A stretch of DNA of 64,000 nt from Pirellulales bacterium (lineage in GTDB: Bacteria; Planctomycetota; Planctomycetia; Pirellulales; PALSA-1355). Made by a program: the position numbers and the translations under genes. Where the stretch lies: the NCBI GenBank assembly GCA_022844125.1, contig JALHMI010000004.1:226777-290776 (forward strand), given 5' to 3'. This document shows positions 47,301-55,913 of this stretch, one piece after another (the stretch's first letter is position 1; each line of letters starts with the position of its first letter). Below the pieces are notes generated by a model that did no database searches, was not told where the DNA came from, and was given only the letters and a program-made list of their open reading frames with translations.

Positions 47301-48915
47301 CGTAGATCACGTCCTCCAGTTGGAGGTTCGAGACTCGCCCTTCTGCGATTAGGTCGGATGGAAGACGATGACGGTAGGTCACGTCCGGCGGCTCGACGCA
47401 CGCCATCGCGGTCGACTCAACGACATTTGCCGGATGCGGCTGGGCGCCGCGGACGATTGCCTTTTGCACACGGTAAGCGGCAAAAACGGTCCCCTCTTCG
47501 ATATCAACCGCCTTTGGCATGGCAGCGGATTCTAGGTCGCCTACTCCATCTCCATCTGATCGAGCGTGGCCAGTAAGAGAGACGCTGCCCAAGTGCGCAT
47601 CGCATCCGCTGCCAAGGGGATATCTGTCTTCTCGCTTTCGAGGATCATCGTGATCGTCCGAACAAGCTCCGCCTTCCGCTCGATTACAAGTTCGTTCCAC
47701 GTCAGCCACTCGTCGATCGTCACCGGAACTTCCATCGGAGACCGAACTCCCCCGGCTCCGTCCTCCAGGAGACAACCGATCAGTTCCAGGATCGAATCCA
47801 TTCCCGCTGGCGGGTCCTGTTGGAACGCTTCGCGCAGCACCGTGCTGGCCCGCTCTTTCATCTTGTTTGCAAATTCGCCCATAAACGTCCTCCTTTGATA
47901 CGTCATGCAGTAAATCGAGTGCCGCGCGAACGGACAGCCCGTCTCCGCTTACGACGGATGCCCAGTCTCTTGTCGGCCCAGTGTTGTCGATCACGATGAT
48001 TTGGTTGTCGAAGGTCGTGCCGAACTTGGCGTACTCGCGACCATCCATCCCAACATTCGCCCGCACGTGGTAACGCTGACCAATCGATGTCCACCACTCA
48101 CGAAAGGCAGGCCTATCGAGCGCCATGCCGCGTCCCACGATGGCGACAAGCCTTCCGCCTGGTTGGAGTCTTAGAAGTGCCTGCTCAATGTGCCTTGCTC
48201 CAAACGCCGTCCGGTGTCCCGTCACTCTCCCGCCAGTTGCCGAAAACGGCGGGTTCATCACCACTGCGTCGTAGACCTTCTCGGCTGGGAGAAGATTGTT
48301 CAGTCGCTCCGCGTCGAATGAAGTCGGAGTGAATCCCAACAGCGTGAGAAGGCCTCGCCGTCGCTCGTCGATCTCGTTGGTATCGACCTCGGCCCCAAAC
48401 AGTCGTGCCAGAGTCGCGATATTCCCGGTGCCTGCACTTGGTTCGAGCACCTTCATCCCGGCACAAAGGGAGGCCGCCAGGGCGACGACCAAACCCTCAG
48501 CCGGCGGCGTACTGAACTGCTGGAACTCAATTTGCGTATGATCGCGTCTCGTCTGAAGCGGGAGCCGCTTTTGTTCCGTAAGGAGCTTTTCGACCGCGGC
48601 TTCCGGACTCATGAGGTCGAGTCCGTTTCTCTTCAAGTAGAGATTGAAGCCAGCCTCAGCCGCGTCGTACATATCGCGGGCGAATCCAGCCGAGCTTCCA
48701 AAAATATCGCGTGCCAATTGCGAGACTGCCGCATTGTCAAATCGGGCGGCGGAATCCGCTTCAAGCAGCGCAGCGAAGCGAAGGGCAAAACGACCTTGAG
48801 GTGTGTCCGTCGCGGACACGGCTGCGGTCGCGGAGGGCGTGGAGAGGTCCTCGAAATCAAATCGAAGTTGGACCGAGGAGTCCTGTGGAGGTGGCCGTCC
48901 ACGGACCTTCACCAT
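44392..48915 (-). CDS. Giant N6-DNA-methyltransferase + strawberry-notch-like SF2 helicase fusion protein (typical of conjugative elements)
   Basis: This is a 1507-aa ORF. The MTase motifs are VLEPSAGTGNIA and VVMNPPFS. A low-complexity Gly/Ser/Asp/Arg insert follows. The Sbno-type motifs are GDGTGIGKGREI and FDEAHLMKNA, with a C-terminal helicase lobe. Confidence 0.8.
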   Translation of the reverse strand: MVKVRGRPPPQDSSVQLRFDFEDLSTPSATAAVSATDTPQGRFALRFAALLEADSAARFDNAAVSQLARDIFGSSAGFARDMYDAAEAGFNLYLKRNGLDLMSPEAAVEKLLTEQKRLPLQTRRDHTQIEFQQFSTPPAEGLVVALAASLCAGMKVLEPSAGTGNIATLARLFGAEVDTNEIDERRRGLLTLLGFTPTSFDAERLNNLLPAEKVYDAVVMNPPFSATGGRVTGHRTAFGARHIEQALLRLQPGGRLVAIVGRGMALDRPAFREWWTSIGQRYHVRANVGMDGREYAKFGTTFDNQIIVIDNTGPTRDWASVVSGDGLSVRAALDLLHDVSKEDVYGRICKQDERAGQHGAARSVPTGPASGNGFDPGTDRLSPGGRSRGSSVSDGSSGDDRRVADVERTCNRAEGGACSDDHDDPRKREDRYPLGSGCDAHLGSVSLTGHARSDGDGVGDLESAAMPKAVDIEEGTVFAAYRVQKAIVRGAQPHPANVVESTAMACVEPPDVTYRHRLPSDLIAEGRVSNLQLEDVIYAGQATSTLLPDGARKGHWNGDGTGIGKGREIYAFIYNELSQGRRKHVHISASHQLCADAERDRDAVGLPLPILHQARFKPNESIAGSSGVLFTTYTMLATDFAGNRARFKQLTEWLGEAFDGVIAFDEAHLMKNAAATPHGGRATVDHGTLRGNMGIALQRLFPEARVRYFSATGATEARHMAPYERLGLWGAGAPFADFPAFLVAMERGGVAAMEMLCRDLKSVGTYLSRTISYGPTRLPDGGIVPNSAVEYEPLLHRLTTDERRQYDQIADLWSDLLVAFESAEQNVCQGRNANRYAQFYSAQQRFFLQLMMAYTLPELVPAIESDLNQGRSVVLSLFNTGEAQTERKVRDARAEGLELSELDATPREMIVQLIEKQFPLFQYQEQTDPVTGNVVRVRVEDAAGNPEINRENQRRQQELLGKVADLDFPQNPLDALVARFGAGNVAEISGRMHRFENGKYVRRKIEGISRRELNEYETRQFQQGRKRLAVISGAGSTGISVHADVAVKNQDRRVFYAFQLSWSADQQMQAFGRVHRSNQSSAPVIRLVLLDLAGQKRLVNAVSKRLAALGALTKGERHSLSSDLFRPEDVTDEYGKAALARLYREIQSGRHSDDGLGMRTLERMGVLNKERTAVRDNYVSNVEQFLNRIMVLHVETQNQIFDLFYERYLEMVEAAKRQSAFDFGVEEIRAKNLRRIAEPETLFVDPPSGAKTMLHDLEGEVDVIRRTFESVTGWAKHGFYRNRQSHRIYAASEHWDAERSELHLTAVKGARRSLELHELAKKYERVEVEEARAWWDAEYARTPATEPRRFHILSGAIFPIYDKVMGSSGIQSVKIARAILSDGTALVGLSLSPTDVPNVKQRLGIGTPLADSSPDDILGLLNGGSLIELDNGWRLTTARIAGDEVVELVLNGIPANREELLGYGLSEEIVHYKRRWFVVMDNAREIVHSLLARRKAINELTDAGRKD

Positions 48916-49580
48916 TTGGCCACCTTCCTCGGCTCTGGCCGATAGTTCAATTGCCCCAGCCCTTTCTCCGCGGCAGGTGTGTGTGTTGCCGCGTCCCGCG
49001 ACGGTTTACCGCGATGGCTGTGCGAGTGTGTGATTGCCTTCCGGCGATCACGCGATAGAGTCACCTCCTCAGTCCCAAGGAGATCAGTGACTCGTGCGTA
49101 ATGAGTTTTTAGCGTCCCTCGGGACACTCCAAGAAAAACCGCTTCCAAGACAAGGCAACCGACGATGGTGGGCCAGTCTTTCCACTCGCCTTGGGCAAGG
49201 CTTCGAGCGGCAACGGACGCCGGCAGTGCAATGCTCATGTGGGCGTAGAACTGGTAGAGGCAATAGTGGCTCTCGACCAATTGATTGAACGCCCAAAACT
49301 TGGCTTGAAACTCAGAGAAGTCCCACTCCGGCTTGGGGACCCCTGTGTGATGATGGAGCACATCAATTGTTACGGTGCGAATGGCGCCTAAGGTCAGGCC
49401 CGCCGTGAAGGCGGCCAGAGTCACGTAGAGAAAACCGGCTACGGTCGGCGACACCTCCTCGCGCGTCGTAAGCCACATACGAACCGTATCGGAGAAAAAG
49501 CTCACGCCCCAGAGCACGACGAGGCCAGGGAGCAGGTACGCGATCACGAGACCGAAGTTTTGCTTCGAGACTTCCTTCAT
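48909..49580 (-). CDS. Integral membrane protein, unknown function
   Basis: This is a 223-aa ORF with about 5 hydrophobic segments. It overlaps the upstream gene by 4 nt and the downstream gene by 7 nt. Confidence 0.5.
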   Translation of the reverse strand: MKEVSKQNFGLVIAYLLPGLVVLWGVSFFSDTVRMWLTTREEVSPTVAGFLYVTLAAFTAGLTLGAIRTVTIDVLHHHTGVPKPEWDFSEFQAKFWAFNQLVESHYCLYQFYAHMSIALPASVAARSLAQGEWKDWPTIVGCLVLEAVFLGVSRGTLKTHYARVTDLLGTEEVTLSRDRRKAITHSHSHRGKPSRDAATHTPAAEKGLGQLNYRPEPRKVAKW

Positions 49581-50398
49581 CCCGCCCCCTCTTCGCTCCG
49601 CTCATCGCCGACGGCGTCTTCCGCCGCCGACACTTTGACTTGCATGGCATTGAGGCGACGATCGACAGCAATGAGCCTTCTTGGCACCTCGGTTTCAAAG
49701 GGCTTCACGATTCGTCTTCTGTACCGAAGGACTTTGGGGGAGAGACTTGCAAGGCCGGCCGCCTTGCGTGCACGGTTCACAAGCCGGAGGATATTGAGCA
49801 TCTGCTGGCGGACCGGTGCATAAGGCTCAAAGGGGACCTTGTAGAGTTCGCGTCCCAACGCTTCCGCCGAGCGCCTGGTTGCCAATTCAAGGAACCAGGC
49901 CTTTAGCTCCCTGTAGACTTCCCGCCCAATTTGAACCCGGACTCTTAGCCTTGAATCTGAGACCGCTGGAAACCTGCGATCTTGTTTCCGAAGGTACCCG
50001 CCACGCTTCACGCTGATTGAGTAGTCGCGGAACTGAATCGGGATCTTCCTTGCGTCCCGGACGTTATTCCGCTCCCGCTCGAAGAACTCATGCGTTCCGT
50101 GGGTGGCAAGGAGCACCCAGTACCGGCCAAAGCGAAGATAGTGGAGGTTGGCGAGACCTGCTTGCTTCCTCCGCACGCGGCCCTGCCTGGAGATGGCGAC
50201 ACCGTATCTCTCGATCAACTTTTGATCGACGACTTCGGGATTCTTCCCCTCCGGCACGACGCCCGAGACGTAGAACCAGTAGCCGTGTGGCAGATAGTTG
50301 CAGGCTAGTACCTGCAAGAACCCCTCGACCGAAGCTGCCTGGCAGCGGTAGTAACTGCGGAACCTACTCATGCCCTCTTGTCCGGGAAACCCGTACAA
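49577..50398 (-). CDS. Hypothetical basic protein, first gene of the methyltransferase-Sbno operon
   Basis: This is a 273-aa ORF (HGYWFYVSGVVPEGKNPEVVDQKLIERYGVAISRQGRVRRKQAGLANLHYLRF...). I recognise no family. Confidence 0.5.
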   Translation of the reverse strand: MYGFPGQEGMSRFRSYYRCQAASVEGFLQVLACNYLPHGYWFYVSGVVPEGKNPEVVDQKLIERYGVAISRQGRVRRKQAGLANLHYLRFGRYWVLLATHGTHEFFERERNNVRDARKIPIQFRDYSISVKRGGYLRKQDRRFPAVSDSRLRVRVQIGREVYRELKAWFLELATRRSAEALGRELYKVPFEPYAPVRQQMLNILRLVNRARKAAGLASLSPKVLRYRRRIVKPFETEVPRRLIAVDRRLNAMQVKVSAAEDAVGDERSEEGAG

Positions 50399-50698
50399 GT
50401 GCTTCCACCAAAGGCGAAGAGCGAGTGTGTGTGTAGCGATTCTGCCGTGATTGCTCGACGCATCAAGCAGTTATGGGTCACACGGCTCACAGAGCGCTAA
50501 CGAAGAAGGGGTTATTTTGGTACGGCCAACCCCACGCCGTTCGATTGGGTCCCCGCAAACGTGGTTCTTCCGAGTGGGCTTGAATTTGGCATCGTGCCGC
50601 ATTCTCGCCATTCCTCGAGAGAACCGCGGAGGGACAAAAACCTCGTCCAAAAACCGCGGAACCTTCGTTGCGAACCTCGCTAGAAGTACGCCCCATCC

Positions 50699-51870
50699 GG
50701 CGGCGTGCGAACTACATTCCTAGTTCGCTGCCGCCAAATTTATAGGCGTCACACTTCAAAGAACCCCGTCGATAAAAACCGCCGTGTCGAAAGACACGAC
50801 ATTCGCGTACCGTCAATCCACTGCCCAAGAAGACCTGTCCGCCAGGACGGCTCTTCTCGGACCGCTTCAAGTCCAACCAAGGAAACCGGCAGCCCCCTGA
50901 GACCCTTCGTCCATGAAGGGGCTCTCGGGCTACCTTTCGAACTTCCAACCGGCTAAGAATGCCGGTCAACCCTTTCGTCGTGGCATATGTGTCCGGCACC
51001 ACCCGTTGACACGCCAGCGGGGCGCGACTGCCTTGCCGCGCGCACCGTCCGAAGGATCCTTGTGGAACATTCGTTCCACGGAGTCATTCGGCTCTCTACT
51101 TGGGCCACACTCCCAGACTCCAGTATTTCAAGCACTTAGCTGACAAAGCTAAGCACCGGGTAACCAACCCGGCTGCTAGAGTCCTTCCTGCGTTAGTCAT
51201 GACCTCCGCTCTCCGAGTCACGTGACTATCGGGTGTTATCCCGAGGGCTTACTGGTCCTATGTCCGCGATCCCTCCACGGCATAGTTTCCAAACGCTTGC
51301 CAAATGGCCTACGTTTGATTTCAGGGGGCAGAACGTAGAAGCTCCTCCCTTACCCATGGACCAGTGCTTTTCGCCGTCGCCCAAGGCCATATAGGCCGTT
51401 GGACCACCTTTTCGGCATCGTCTCTCGGAGAACTCACCGGCAAGCCCTTTCGGGCCTTTCGTAGTTGAGCTATTCGCGTCCCCGTTTTTTCGAGGTACCC
51501 GGACGAGTCATCGTCCGGCAGCCGTTGTCACCAACTAGCTGGCTCCCTACGCCGGCCTACGTTGAACGAACCCTTTCAGGTCCGAACCCCGTGGGTGGAT
51601 TACTGGCCACAGCGTGGCCATTCACCAACTTTGAGCCATGACGGCCCCGGCCTTACGGCCGAGGTTTTTCCGCATCGCCCTGTTCCGACAGGGGAATTAC
51701 CCCCATTGGATAGAACGCCAGGATTACTTCACTCCGAAACAAAGGGAGTGAGATTACTCTGACGAGCCTCCATCGAGCTGTGCGAGCGTATCTCTACGCA
51801 CACAGCTCTACCGACGCAGCACATGATGGTGGTTAAACCATCCCCTTAGCCTGGTTGGTAGCCAGGTTTA
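50699..51870 (-). ncRNA. Candidate large structured RNA or structured leader (hypothesis only); strand assigned from a GNRA-loop bias
   Basis: The gap is ORF-poor and packed with short perfect hairpins (listed in the findings). I recognise no known RNA family. Confidence 0.3.
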
Positions 51871-52005
51871 CCGGGCGTGCTGCCCTGTTGGAAGATCAAC
51901 ATCAAAGCGTTTGAAGCTTGACGACGACAGGACCTATCCACGCCCTGCTACCAACTGATATGGATACTGTGACGGCCTCCCGCCTCCCTTTGGCGAATCG
52001 CCGCT

Positions 52006-53262
52006 CTACCCAACCAACCGAAAGCGATCGGCGTTATCCGCTCGGTACCTTACGAGCGCACTTCGCGCCCGGTCCTCCTGGTGTTGCGTAATGTGCTGCC
52101 ACAGAGAGCGACGCACGATGCCCATAAAAATCTTGGCCGCATCGCCGTTGGCCTCCCGCGCTCTCACGGCAGCCGCCAAAAAACTCAATGCTGACGACTC
52201 AGTCGCTTTAATCAAACCCTTCCGACAAGCCTGAAAGTAAAGCTCCTCGACCCGCGAAAAGCATTGAAGGTCTTCGGCACGCACCTGCCGGATCGACGGT
52301 GGATGTCCCGGCTTCTCAATCGGTCGTCTCCAGACACCAGCATCCAGGGCGGCAGGCGCCGCAGTTGTCTGGTCTTTACTTCCGTAGGAAGTTAAATCTG
52401 TTTTATATGGAGGTGCATTCTCGGTGCGCTTTTGGGGCGCCGGGCCTGCATTCTCGGAGTCAGCCCTTGCGGCCCGCCAGGCGAAATTGAACTCGAAATA
52501 GGCGCCGTCGCGATTCAGCTTCCACTGCTGCGATCCGACATCTTTCGAGATGAGCCCGCCTGCGACAAGCGCCAGCCTCGCGTAGCGCGTCGCCCGCTCG
52601 CTCACACCGAACCACTTCGATATCCAGGTTGCCTTGACGGTCCCCTTCCCCCGCATCGTGTGCCTCTTCTTGTCGAGCGAGAGCCCACGGGCCGCGTAGC
52701 CGATCACCGTCAGGAACAGGGCCGGCCGATCGGTTCTGGCCAGGAACAACAACACCCTTCTGGGCATGGGAATCGGCCGCGCCGGACTTCGATGGCAGGC
52801 CAGGGCTTCTCGCAACTCCCCGCTTCCCTCGATCCCGGTCTCGGTGAATGCGATACGCCCCGAGTCGAAGCGGAGCACCCCCGCCCGCTTGAGTCGCCCT
52901 AGCTCCCTGGCCACGATTCGCCGCGAGAGGCCGGTCAGCTTCGCCAGTTCTATCTTGCTGAAATGAGGCAGCACCGCTCGCGCGCCGTTTTTCTTCGCGC
53001 GGCCGGCCGCCTCGCGGATCGCCGCCATTTCCGCCGCTCCGCAAAACACCCTCAGCCCCGCGAAGCCGATTTGCCCCGCACGATAAGCCCAAACGATGTT
53101 CGCCAACTGAATTGGCGTCAGAACTTTATACCCGCATGGTTGATGCACGCTCACTGTTCCCCCGTCGATGGAAGGGCACTGTCGAGGCCAAAAAAATCCG
53201 CTCCACTCGCTAAGAGTGACAGGTTGACAGAGTCGTTTGGGTAGGCGTACTCTCGAAGACAT
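52006..53262 (-). CDS. Winged-helix DNA-binding protein, putative plasmid-type replication initiator
   Basis: This is a 418-aa ORF with at least two wHTH-like segments (FSKIELAKLTGLSRRIVARELGRLKRAGVL; ATWISKWFGVSERATRYARLALVAGGLI). It faces away from parA across an iteron field. The function is inferred from context only. Confidence 0.4.
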   Translation of the reverse strand: MSSRVRLPKRLCQPVTLSEWSGFFWPRQCPSIDGGTVSVHQPCGYKVLTPIQLANIVWAYRAGQIGFAGLRVFCGAAEMAAIREAAGRAKKNGARAVLPHFSKIELAKLTGLSRRIVARELGRLKRAGVLRFDSGRIAFTETGIEGSGELREALACHRSPARPIPMPRRVLLFLARTDRPALFLTVIGYAARGLSLDKKRHTMRGKGTVKATWISKWFGVSERATRYARLALVAGGLISKDVGSQQWKLNRDGAYFEFNFAWRAARADSENAGPAPQKRTENAPPYKTDLTSYGSKDQTTAAPAALDAGVWRRPIEKPGHPPSIRQVRAEDLQCFSRVEELYFQACRKGLIKATESSALSFLAAAVRAREANGDAAKIFMGIVRRSLWQHITQHQEDRARSALVRYRADNADRFRLVG

Positions 53263-53439
53263 CTGACCTTCCTCGAGAAGACCCGCCGGCAGCCGCTCTG
53301 TCGCGCGGGCTTTCTTTTTTTGGGCTATTGGATCGTTACTCGATAGCAGTCCCCTTCCGGTTTCTAAACGTAATACTGCTCACTCAATCCCATATCGCGC
53401 ATGAATTGCTGGCGCAAGCCATTAATTTGACAGCGCTTT

Positions 53440-53790
53440 TGCAACACGTATCTACGCACCAACGTTGCAACGCTGCTGCGTTGGCAGCCACCCAAACTGC
53501 TCCGGATACGTAACAACGTAGCGACGCACTAACGCACATTTAGCCGAGCAACGTATCTACGTTCGTACGTCACTGCGTTCGTACGCCCGATTTGCCCTAA
53601 CGGCGCCACAGGACTGCAGTTGACGAACTTTGACCGACTGCGTCAGTACGTTCCAACATTTCTGCGTTACTGCGTTGGAACGTCGCTGCCTGCGGGCGGC
53701 CCAGTGGGCCGCCGATACGCACGAACGTTGGAACGCACCTACGTACAACAGCAACGACGTAGCGACGCAAGAAAGTATCTTGCGGCGATA
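53440..53790. repeat. Iteron / centromere-like field of short ACGT- and CGTTG-centred repeats
   Basis: The repeat acgtatctacg occurs at 53446-53456 and 53551-53561. The repeat acgtagcgacgca occurs at 53516-53528 and 53757-53769. The repeat cgttggaacg occurs at 53673-53682 and 53726-53735, with an inverted copy at 53649-53657. The repeat gttcgtacg occurs at 53561-53569 and 53577-53585. Confidence 0.55.
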
Positions 53791-53832
53791 CGGATCTTGC
53801 GCTATTGCTGTTCTCAGAGGGAGGGGTCAATC

Positions 53833-54693
53833 ATGAACACCAAGGTCATTGTCGTTGCAAACCAGAAAGGCGGAGTAGGGAAGACCACCAACACCATCCA
53901 TGTGGCACGGGCGCTTGCCGAACGTGGTAAGAAGTGTCTGATTGTCGATCTCGATTCGTCGGCCGGCGCGACGACCACGCTGGGCGTGCCAACCGTCGGC
54001 TGGCAAACCATCTTCGAGGTCATCTCGGGCGAGGTCGACGCCGAGGAAGCCATCATTACCGATCAAGATGTCGAAGTATCCCTTCCGCAAAACATCCATC
54101 TCATTCCCTCCTCGCCGCGGCTGAATGAACTCGACAGCTTTCTCAACCGCGACGAGAACCTCGGGATCGTCGCTCAGGACCTGCTGATGGCTCCCATCGC
54201 CGGGGTCCGCGGGCGCTATGACTACGTGCTGCTCGATTCGGCGCCACTGGTCACCAAGACCACGTTTCCGGCGTACAAGGTGGCCGACTATGCCATCCTG
54301 TCCACGCAGCTCGAAAAACTGAGCTTCGAACGTTTGGAGAGTGCGATGAAGCTCATCTCCAGCGCCCAGCGAAACGGGAACAATCGCCTGGCTCTTTTGG
54401 GCATCGTGGTCACGATGGCCCCGCAGCCCACGACGCGGCTGGCCATGCATTACCTGAACCTGATTGACAGCACCTATCTGTCGGAGGAGGGGACACCGGT
54501 CCGCTTCGAGGCACTCATTCATCGGAACGTTGCCATTCAGGAAGCCGCGACGGCCAAGCAGACGCTTTTTGAGTACCAGCCCGGTCATCGCGTCGTGAAT
54601 AGCTACCGGCACCTAGCCGGCGAGATGGAAGACCGAATCAAGCGGCGTGACCTGCGGTCGGCTGCGCAAACGCCGCAGGTGGCCAATGGGTAA
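53833..54693 (+). CDS. parA: ParA/Soj-family partition ATPase
   Basis: An ATG at 53833 follows gagggagggg. It has the deviant Walker A motif VANQKGGVGKTT. The track ORF start at 53620 is an upstream read-through of the iteron region. Confidence 0.9.
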   Translation: MNTKVIVVANQKGGVGKTTNTIHVARALAERGKKCLIVDLDSSAGATTTLGVPTVGWQTIFEVISGEVDAEEAIITDQDVEVSLPQNIHLIPSSPRLNELDSFLNRDENLGIVAQDLLMAPIAGVRGRYDYVLLDSAPLVTKTTFPAYKVADYAILSTQLEKLSFERLESAMKLISSAQRNGNNRLALLGIVVTMAPQPTTRLAMHYLNLIDSTYLSEEGTPVRFEALIHRNVAIQEAATAKQTLFEYQPGHRVVNSYRHLAGEMEDRIKRRDLRSAAQTPQVANG

Positions 54694-55216
54694 GAAGAAG
54701 TTCGAAGAAGTCGAATACGATCCCTTCGAGCAAGAGAGCCGTCGCAACCTGGCTCGGCGGCTCACCGCCCCCGCCGTGGAAGCTACCGGACGCTCCGAGG
54801 CACGGCCAGCCGACGTCTCGGGGAGTACTCATAACCAAGCCGCATCGCTGACAGACCCGCGGAGAGAAGTCAGTCGATCATTTCGTGACGTAGCGCCGAT
54901 CGCTCCTTCGCGCGGCCGGCCCATGCCCTTGAAGAGTCGCACTTTCAAGTGCGCAAGTGCGACCCAAGACAAGGAGCTCGATTCCTTTCTGCTCCGGCTC
55001 GCCGAAGCCTCCGGTACTAGCGTCCCCTTTCAGGTCGTCACGCGGGCCGCAATTGCGGCAACGATGCGGTCCGAAGAACAAATCCTGGAGCTCATCCGAC
55101 GCCGACCTCCCATGCGGCGACCGGCGAATGTCTCGGCCACGGAGTACGCCCAGTTCGAACAATACTGGATGGAGGTAGTCGCCGAGGCCCTAAGAAAGCT
55201 GCGACCTCATCAATAG
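54686..55216 (+). CDS. Putative centromere-binding partition adaptor (ParB/ParG-analogue by position)
   Basis: An ATG at 54686 overlaps the parA stop. The 176-aa protein has a charged, disordered-looking N-terminal half. The call rests on position only. Confidence 0.4.
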   Translation: MGKKKFEEVEYDPFEQESRRNLARRLTAPAVEATGRSEARPADVSGSTHNQAASLTDPRREVSRSFRDVAPIAPSRGRPMPLKSRTFKCASATQDKELDSFLLRLAEASGTSVPFQVVTRAAIAATMRSEEQILELIRRRPPMRRPANVSATEYAQFEQYWMEVVAEALRKLRPHQ

Positions 55217-55262
55217 TTTTTTAGGATGCGTCGTCTCTCTGCGAGCGGCCCATAACAGGAGT

Positions 55263-55727
55263 ATGGGCAGAATCAAACTGGCACGCTCGTTTCGACGCCC
55301 GTCCCACAAAAGGCGGCTAGCCCGTACGCTCCCCTATAAGCCCCGGCCCACCCTGTTGAGCCCCGGAGAGGCTGCATTTTACTTCGCCCTTTGCGCAGCG
55401 GTGAATGGGCGTTACCTCATCGCGTTCAAAGTCAGGCTGGCGGACCTCATCACCTGTAGCGAGGCCGCATGGAAGGCCGGGTTTGGCCACATGATCGCAC
55501 GACATCACCTGGATTTCGTGCTTTGCGATTGGCGAACCACGAGCATCTGCCTGGCCATCGAACTCGACGACCGCTCCCACGATTCGGCCGGCCGCAAGCG
55601 GCGCGACACCTTTGTGAACGAGGCTTTGGCCGCCGCCGAGATTCCGCTCCTACGAGTTCGAGCCGCCTCACGATACGACGCCAGGCAAATAAAAGAAGCG
55701 ATTGCCTTCGCCGTCGGCCGCCGCTGA
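55263..55727 (+). CDS. DUF2726-domain protein (nuclease-fold family)
   Basis: The sequence LLSPGEAAFYFAL...FKVRLADLI...HLDFVLCDWRTTSICLAIELDDRSHD...RRDTFVNEALAAAEIPLLRV fits the DUF2726 pattern. Confidence 0.65.
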   Translation: MGRIKLARSFRRPSHKRRLARTLPYKPRPTLLSPGEAAFYFALCAAVNGRYLIAFKVRLADLITCSEAAWKAGFGHMIARHHLDFVLCDWRTTSICLAIELDDRSHDSAGRKRRDTFVNEALAAAEIPLLRVRAASRYDARQIKEAIAFAVGRR

Positions 55728-55829
55728 AATGGTCGACGCAACACTGCCCATGTCAGCCGTCCGCTACATTCGCGACGACACGGAGACGCAGCAGTTCCAA
55801 ACAAATTCTTCAACGGGCGATCTTTTCTG

Positions 55830-55859
55830 TTGACACTATAGGGCAATTGCCCTATAGTG
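55830..55859 (+). promoter_or_regulatory. Near-consensus sigma-70-type promoter overlapped by a 26-bp perfect palindrome, upstream of ardA
   Basis: TTGACA (55830-55835) and TATAGT (55853-55858) are separated by a 17-nt spacer. The palindrome cactatagggcaattgccctatagtg spans 55834-55859. The ardA ATG is at 55914. Confidence 0.5.
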
Positions 55860-55913
55860 AATTCATCAGATGGGCTCGATTGGCGAGCCCTGCTAGGAAT
55901 CATCCAGAGGAAC

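Noticed and set aside
50399-52005. A group II intron, a retron or an IS-associated guide RNA as the explanation for the structured region
   Set aside because: There is no reverse transcriptase, TnpB/IscB or IS110-type gene nearby. I could not find a domain-V-like 34-nt hairpin with an AGC triad, or a GUGYG 5-prime end in a sensible position. The region is kept as an unclassified candidate RNA only.
53620-53832. Upstream extension of the parA ORF
   Set aside because: The extension reads through the iteron field. The ATG at 53833 has a strong purine-rich RBS and yields the normal ParA N-terminus with KGGVGKT at residues 12-18.
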